Positions 62,045-64,000 of a stretch of DNA of 64,000 bases are shown piece after piece. The stretch comes from Octopus sinensis (taxonomy: Eukaryota). Numbering within the stretch: position 1 is the first letter of the stretch; each line of letters starts with the position of its first letter. Where the stretch lies: positions 22,940,001 to 23,004,000 of the forward strand of contig NC_043005.1 of NCBI RefSeq assembly GCF_006345805.1, written 5' to 3'. A program made the translations under genes and the position numbers. The notes beneath the pieces were generated by a model that made no database searches, was not told the origin of the DNA, and was given only the letters and a program-made list of their open reading frames with translations.

Positions 62045-64000
62045 GCAATACCAAGTACTTCAATTGGTCGCACACCACAAGGTTCGACGGAACTTACTGA
62101 AGCAAGTCAACATGTAAGATCATTTGGTCTCTTCGCATCACTTCTGGATAACCCCGCCACATGAGGGGGTATTAACACGAGCCAGGGCATACAAAATGAT
62201 TAAGTTTAGCTCGGTGTGACGAGCGAAGTGATTGGCATTTAGGCGGCAAAACAGACCGTGAAAACCTATGGAGTCAAGGAGCCTACCACAGCAACATCTC
62301 AGTCCCCTACAGACGTCGGCTCCCATTCTGAGTGCGATGGAGATGTGGAGCTCATCTAGACTGAGTAGACCACTAATGTGTCTAGAATTTTTCACAAGCA
62401 GGAAGTAGGCGGCACCTTGAAAATTGATCAGATTGATCAAGGAGGGAGTCGAAAGTGACACTTGAGCGCATACTCTCTGCTTCTATCTATCCTCAACTGT
62501 AACAGGGACTGACAAACCCAGTTCTCTCCACTGTAACAGAACTTCATCCATCTCCTTGTTGGAACTAGTCCATGTTGGAGAGCAGGCAAAACGGAAAGAA
62601 AACAGGGAAGAGATAGAGACAAGCACTTACGCAAACCTCGGCCCCCAAACCGTTTGGGCAAAGCAGCCTGGTCGTGGGACTCTGGAGAGAATCTGACAAT
62701 GACCAAGCTTTCGAGTTTCCTGAAGATTGGGTCGTCAAAGTATTGAAGAGACGACAAGAATCTATAAGGACTAACTCTAAGAAAATACAACTTAGGAATC
62801 GACAAGTAATTCCTAAGTATTAAAAATCCTGGTTGGCCTCAATTACCTCAAAGTTTTTTAGAAGTTGCTCAAGGTTAACCATATTGGGTCGAAAGATGGA
62901 CTCGAGAGCTCGGTCGGTAATTGGGGCTCCAACGGAGCACCATGCTGGTGAAGGAGGAACCGCAATAGAAGGGAAGGAGTCTGTAAACAAGTTTACAGTC
63001 TGCTGATGTGAAACTGGATGACTGAGGAGCCAGAGCACGCATTTGAAACTATTACGGCTAAGCTCCCTACGACCAAGTTCCTCAATCATCGTCCTCGCAG
63101 TTGCAAGGACTTTGTCAGGGGAGCTCCTACCCCACCAAAACAAGCATCGTAGAGATACCAGACAATCAAGTCTAGGTCAGCTCCCATCGTTGTAACATCA
63201 TCATTACCCAGTGCAAACAGAGCAGGCCCAAGTGTGTCACCTTGTTGGACTCCAGGGGCAGATAGGATGAGGTAGTCACCAAAAGAGCGGTAAGAGGGCT
63301 TCCGATAAGCTTGCCAAACAAAGTAATAGAGCTGTGGAGCATTCTCCCTTACTGCCCGGAGGGTGACATCCCGACTGATGGAACTGAAGGCATTCCTGAA
63401 GTCTAGTTTGAGGATGACCTTTTAGGACTGTGAGAGTAAATTGGTGAAAGCTCTAGTGGCATAAGCAGCAGCCTCACAACCTAGCTTAGTACTCACTAAG
63501 TAGGGGAAAATTCGGTGGACAGGCAGTGAGAAGCCGAAGACAGACACACTTTTGCTGTGAACCGTCGCAGAGCACAACCAACTATTATAGGGCGGAGATC
63601 ACCACTGAGTTTGGTGAGACCAAATATTTTAGCCCCAAAGAACAAGGGACAAGGACAAATTTATGAACTGCGTTAGGATCTCTAAGAGCTCAAGACCAGC
63701 ATCACCAGTTGACAAGGAAATACCGTCTTTGAGATGCTGAGGTCGTAAGCCATCAATCCCAGTGCCAGAACCCGCCGAAAATTATGCAATGGCCTTCCTG
63801 ACATTGTCGGAGTGAAAACAGGTTGTAGAAAGCCTGGTAGGTCGTGCCAGTGTAGGGAGTCATCTGAAGGGGCAAGAAGATGTTTCTCTTTCAGTCGATT
63901 GAAGGAATCTGTGGTACACTGGGCGAGGGAGAACAGAGAGTAGGAGGAGGCGTCAATTTCTTTAGGTTAGGTAGTCAACCATTGTTCGGAGTTGTGTTGA
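62045..64000 (-). mobile_element. CRE-clade (RLE) non-LTR retrotransposon, degenerate, runs off window
   Basis: GLRPQHLKD, LRPIIVG..LRR, KLDFRNAF, GVQQGDTLGPALF, WYLYD (YLDD-like), AALPKRFGGRGLR, IALRMG...C.CG..LDSIGFHGLFC...ARH. Confidence 0.85.

Overview
AT-rich, microsatellite-dense eukaryotic genomic DNA; the repeat landscape suggests a mollusc, most likely an octopus (inference). One host gene is supported: an MFS transporter of the SLC18B1 (vesicular polyamine transporter) type on the minus strand. I traced nine coding exons by hand (45468 down to 2910); all have GT-AG boundaries and consistent phases, and the 3' exons lie beyond the left edge of the window. Its introns and upstream region hold a Helitron fragment, two mariner copies, two TTAA-flanked piggyBac derivatives, a very young full-length Ty3/Gypsy element, RTE, R4/Dong-like and CRE-like LINE remnants, Penelope-type GIY-YIG remnants and many SINEs. 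The most interesting unannotated signal is a set of type I hammerhead-ribozyme motifs with palindromic stem III. The best are at 5541 and 33506, a related decayed copy is at 10929, a decayed tandem trimer of about 150-bp units spans 11950-12360, and weaker copies lie at 46274 and 21182. All of these are antisense to the host gene, and two sit in Penelope/retrozyme-like units with 5' fold-back hairpins. Also noted: several long perfect hairpins and an AABB 1-kb tandem duplication that may be an assembly artefact. Most ORFs in the supplied track are microsatellite or TE noise.
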